Below, piece by piece: positions 61,564 to 64,000 of a stretch of DNA of 64,000 bases. Under the pieces are notes generated by a model. That model was given only the letters and a program-made list of their open reading frames with translations, was not told the DNA's origin and did not search any database. The stretch's first letter is position 1. Each line of letters opens with the position of its first letter. The position numbers and the translations under genes are program-made. Origin of the DNA: Campylobacterota bacterium. GTDB taxonomy: Bacteria; Campylobacterota; Campylobacteria; Campylobacterales; Arcobacteraceae. The stretch spans positions 1 to 64,000 of the forward strand of contig JBNJFB010000008.1 of NCBI GenBank assembly GCA_051746405.1, in the 5' to 3' direction.

Positions 61564-62451
61564 TTACTGTTTATCCATATCATAGCCAAGAAGTTTCAAG
61601 CTATTTTTATTTTTTGTCCAACCTTTTTTAACTGAAACAAAAAGTTCCAAAAAGCACTTTTTACCTGTTAGTTTCTCTATTTTTACTCTTGCATCTTTTC
61701 CTATTCTTTTAATAGCAGCTGCACCTTTTCCTATAATCATACCTTTTTGAGTACCTTTTTGAACTATAATAGTTGCTTTTATTACATCTACATTTTTTTT
61801 CTCTTCAATTTTTTCTATTAAAACATCAGCTTCATAAGGTATCTCATCAGATATATTCTCAAAGATTGATTCTCTTATAAACTCTTTATAAATATCTCTT
61901 AAATTTTCAGTAGTCATAATCTCAGGGTCAAAAAGATATGGATGCTCTGGTAAGTATTTTACAACTTCATGTAATAAGTTAGACTGTTTTGTTTGCTTTT
62001 TTATTGAAATAGGAATTACACACTCATACTTATTTGAATACTTCTCATACTCTTTCATTTTAGCTAATACTTCATCATTTGAAACAAAATCAATTTTTGT
62101 CAATAAAAGTATATGTTTTGTACCTTTTTTATTCTTTTGTAAAAACTCTTCATAATACTTAAGCTGGTCAGTTACAGGTGCTAAAAATAGAATCAAATCA
62201 CAATCACCAATTGCTTTTAAAGCCTCTTCAAGCATAAATTTATTTAAAAGTTTCTCTGTTTCATGAATTCCTGGGGTATCTACAAATACAATTTGGTCAT
62301 CTTCATGCATAACTATTATATTTGATCTTTTTCTTGTTGCATTGGCTTTATGGGATACCATTGCAATTTTTTCACCTACTAGCCAATTTAGTAAAGAGCT
62401 TTTTCCCGCATTTGGTCTTCCAACTACAGATACAAAACCACTTTTTGTCAT
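61564..62451 (-). CDS. era: GTPase Era
   Basis: GRPNAGKS, DTPG, TKID, EIPY, KH domain IIGKG. Confidence 0.97.
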   Translation of the reverse strand: MTKSGFVSVVGRPNAGKSSLLNWLVGEKIAMVSHKANATRKRSNIIVMHEDDQIVFVDTPGIHETEKLLNKFMLEEALKAIGDCDLILFLAPVTDQLKYYEEFLQKNKKGTKHILLLTKIDFVSNDEVLAKMKEYEKYSNKYECVIPISIKKQTKQSNLLHEVVKYLPEHPYLFDPEIMTTENLRDIYKEFIRESIFENISDEIPYEADVLIEKIEEKKNVDVIKATIIVQKGTQKGMIIGKGAAAIKRIGKDARVKIEKLTGKKCFLELFVSVKKGWTKNKNSLKLLGYDMDKQ

Positions 62452-62533
62452 TTATTCTCCTTGGACATATTGCCCTTTTTATTTAATTGTATTATTTTAA
62501 CATTTTGAATTAAAAAACTAACATAAAATCAAT

Positions 62534-64000
62534 TTATCTTTTTCTAAAACTTAAACTTTTTAATAAATCTGCTTTTGTTATCTTTTCATTATCATTAATA
62601 TCTGCTATAGTTCTTGCTACTTTTAGTACCTTATTTATACTTCTAAAAGTCAACTGAAAATTTATAACAGCCTTTTGTAGTATTTCATCAGACTCACTAT
62701 CTAATAGACAAAACTTTTTAATTTCATTATCATTTAGCTTTCCATTTAGCTCTTCTTGCCCCCTTTGTTTTTGCTTTTTAAAAGCCTCTAGTACAGTATT
62801 GTGTAACTCTTTAGAAGTCACTTTGTTTTTATTATCTTTAAAAGTATCATTCATAACTACAACCAAATCAATTCTATCAATAAACGGATCTGATAATCTA
62901 TTTTTATACCTTTGAATTTCAGCTTCATTACACCTACACTCTTTTAATGAAGATAGTAAATTACCGCAAGGACAGGGGTTCATAGCTGAAATAAATGTGA
63001 ATTTTGTTTTATACATAACCTTTGTATTTACCCTTGAGATTAGTATCTTATTATCCTGAAGTGGTTCCCTTAAGGCTTCTAAAATTGATTTTGAAAAGTG
63101 CGGTAATTCATCAAAAAATAGAATCCCATTATTACTCAAAGCAACTTCTCCAATTTTTGCATTTGTACTACCTCCACCAAAAATCGATGATTTTGTAGAA
63201 CTATTGTGGGGTGCTCGAAAACTTCTTTTAGGGATAAAATCAATATTAGTTTGCTCCAATGATTGAAGCTTTGCTTTTTCTAAAATCTCCTCAAGAGACA
63301 TGGGTGGCATAATATATTGTAACCTTTTTGCTATCATGGATTTACCACAACCAGGACTTCCTTCCATTAGTAGATTATGATTTCCACAAGCACTTACAAG
63401 TGCAGCGAACTTTGCCATATCTTGACCTAATACATCTTCAAAATCCTCTTCATAATCTTTGATATAGTAATACTTTTTATCATTAACCTCCACATAGTTA
63501 TATTTAAAGTTTTCATTTTCGTATAAAAACTCATCTTGTCTTTGTTCTTGGAAAAACTCTACTGCATCACTTAAATTATTTACAACATAAATCTTAATAT
63601 CAGGAATTTTTGATATCTTTTTTGCTGTTTGTTTACATACTAAAACTTTATTTATCAAGCCTTGTTTTTTCAAAGATAATACTATAGGAAATATTGATGA
63701 TGTATCTTTAATCTTTCCATCTAAACCCAACTCACCAAATATATGAAACTCTTCAAAATTAGCTTTTTTACTATCTTGAAGGCTAACTAACAATGCAATT
63801 GCTAAATCAAAATGGGAACCTCTTTTTTTTATTTCACTTGGAGCTAGATTTATTGTTATTTTTAGTGGTGGAAATTTAAAATCATTACATAAAAGTGCTG
63901 CTTTCACTCTATCTTTTGACTCTTGGATACTTGCTGAAATAAGCCCTACAATTGTAAATGATGGTAATCCTTTATTAAAACTAGCTTCTAAATTTATCTG
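62534..64000 (-). CDS. comM: ComM/YifB Mg-chelatase-like AAA+ ATPase (5' end outside window)
   Basis: Frame stays open to the edge (QINLEASFNKGLPSFTIVGL...ESKDRVK); NLAP..K.GSHFDL, GSPGCGKS, FRAPH, MNPCPCG, VARTIAD. Confidence 0.93.
   Translation of the reverse strand, partial: QINLEASFNKGLPSFTIVGLISASIQESKDRVKAALLCNDFKFPPLKITINLAPSEIKKRGSHFDLAIALLVSLQDSKKANFEEFHIFGELGLDGKIKDTSSIFPIVLSLKKQGLINKVLVCKQTAKKISKIPDIKIYVVNNLSDAVEFFQEQRQDEFLYENENFKYNYVEVNDKKYYYIKDYEEDFEDVLGQDMAKFAALVSACGNHNLLMEGSPGCGKSMIAKRLQYIMPPMSLEEILEKAKLQSLEQTNIDFIPKRSFRAPHNSSTKSSIFGGGSTNAKIGEVALSNNGILFFDELPHFSKSILEALREPLQDNKILISRVNTKVMYKTKFTFISAMNPCPCGNLLSSLKECRCNEAEIQRYKNRLSDPFIDRIDLVVVMNDTFKDNKNKVTSKELHNTVLEAFKKQKQRGQEELNGKLNDNEIKKFCLLDSESDEILQKAVINFQLTFRSINKVLKVARTIADINDNEKITKADLLKSLSFRKR

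Overview
Very AT-rich chromosomal window from a Campylobacterota bacterium; gene order and protein style point to Arcobacteraceae (inference). About 0.2-20 kb is the conserved minus-strand rplU-rpmA-obgE-proB-fmt-birA-parAB-atpF'FHAGDC-tolQRA-tolB-pal-cpoB-slyD-fabD-mtnN block. It is interrupted by an opposite-strand AEC transporter and ends at a perfect-consensus, rRNA-type promoter firing out of the left edge. About 20-34 kb holds ridA, dnaG, lapB-like-rnhA-rnc-aroC, a degenerate-looking HtpX, sixA, the rpmH-rnpA-yidD-yidC-jag-mnmE operon and clpB with an HspR (HAIR)-like operator. rnpA has no ATG/GTG/TTG in frame and apparently starts at ATT. About 34-49 kb looks accessory and stress-oriented: a Phd/YefM-RelE/ParE toxin-antitoxin pair, rnhB, a Gcr-family membrane protein, a two-gene family 1 encapsulin nanocompartment operon (ferritin-like cargo with C-terminal targeting peptide plus shell protein; the most notable system here), msrBA, a Sel1 lipoprotein, Nudix, bioA, an orphan THI5-like/SBP sensor kinase, an ABM protein, NfeD-stomatin and DedA. 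About 49-64 kb holds purH, purL, cell-shape peptidases, mgtE, an RHH-MazF TA pair, folE, a secretin-less T2SS/competence (GspE/GspF) cluster, era and a 5'-truncated comM. No tRNA, rRNA body, CRISPR array, IS or prophage was seen. All family assignments are from motif recognition, not database searches.
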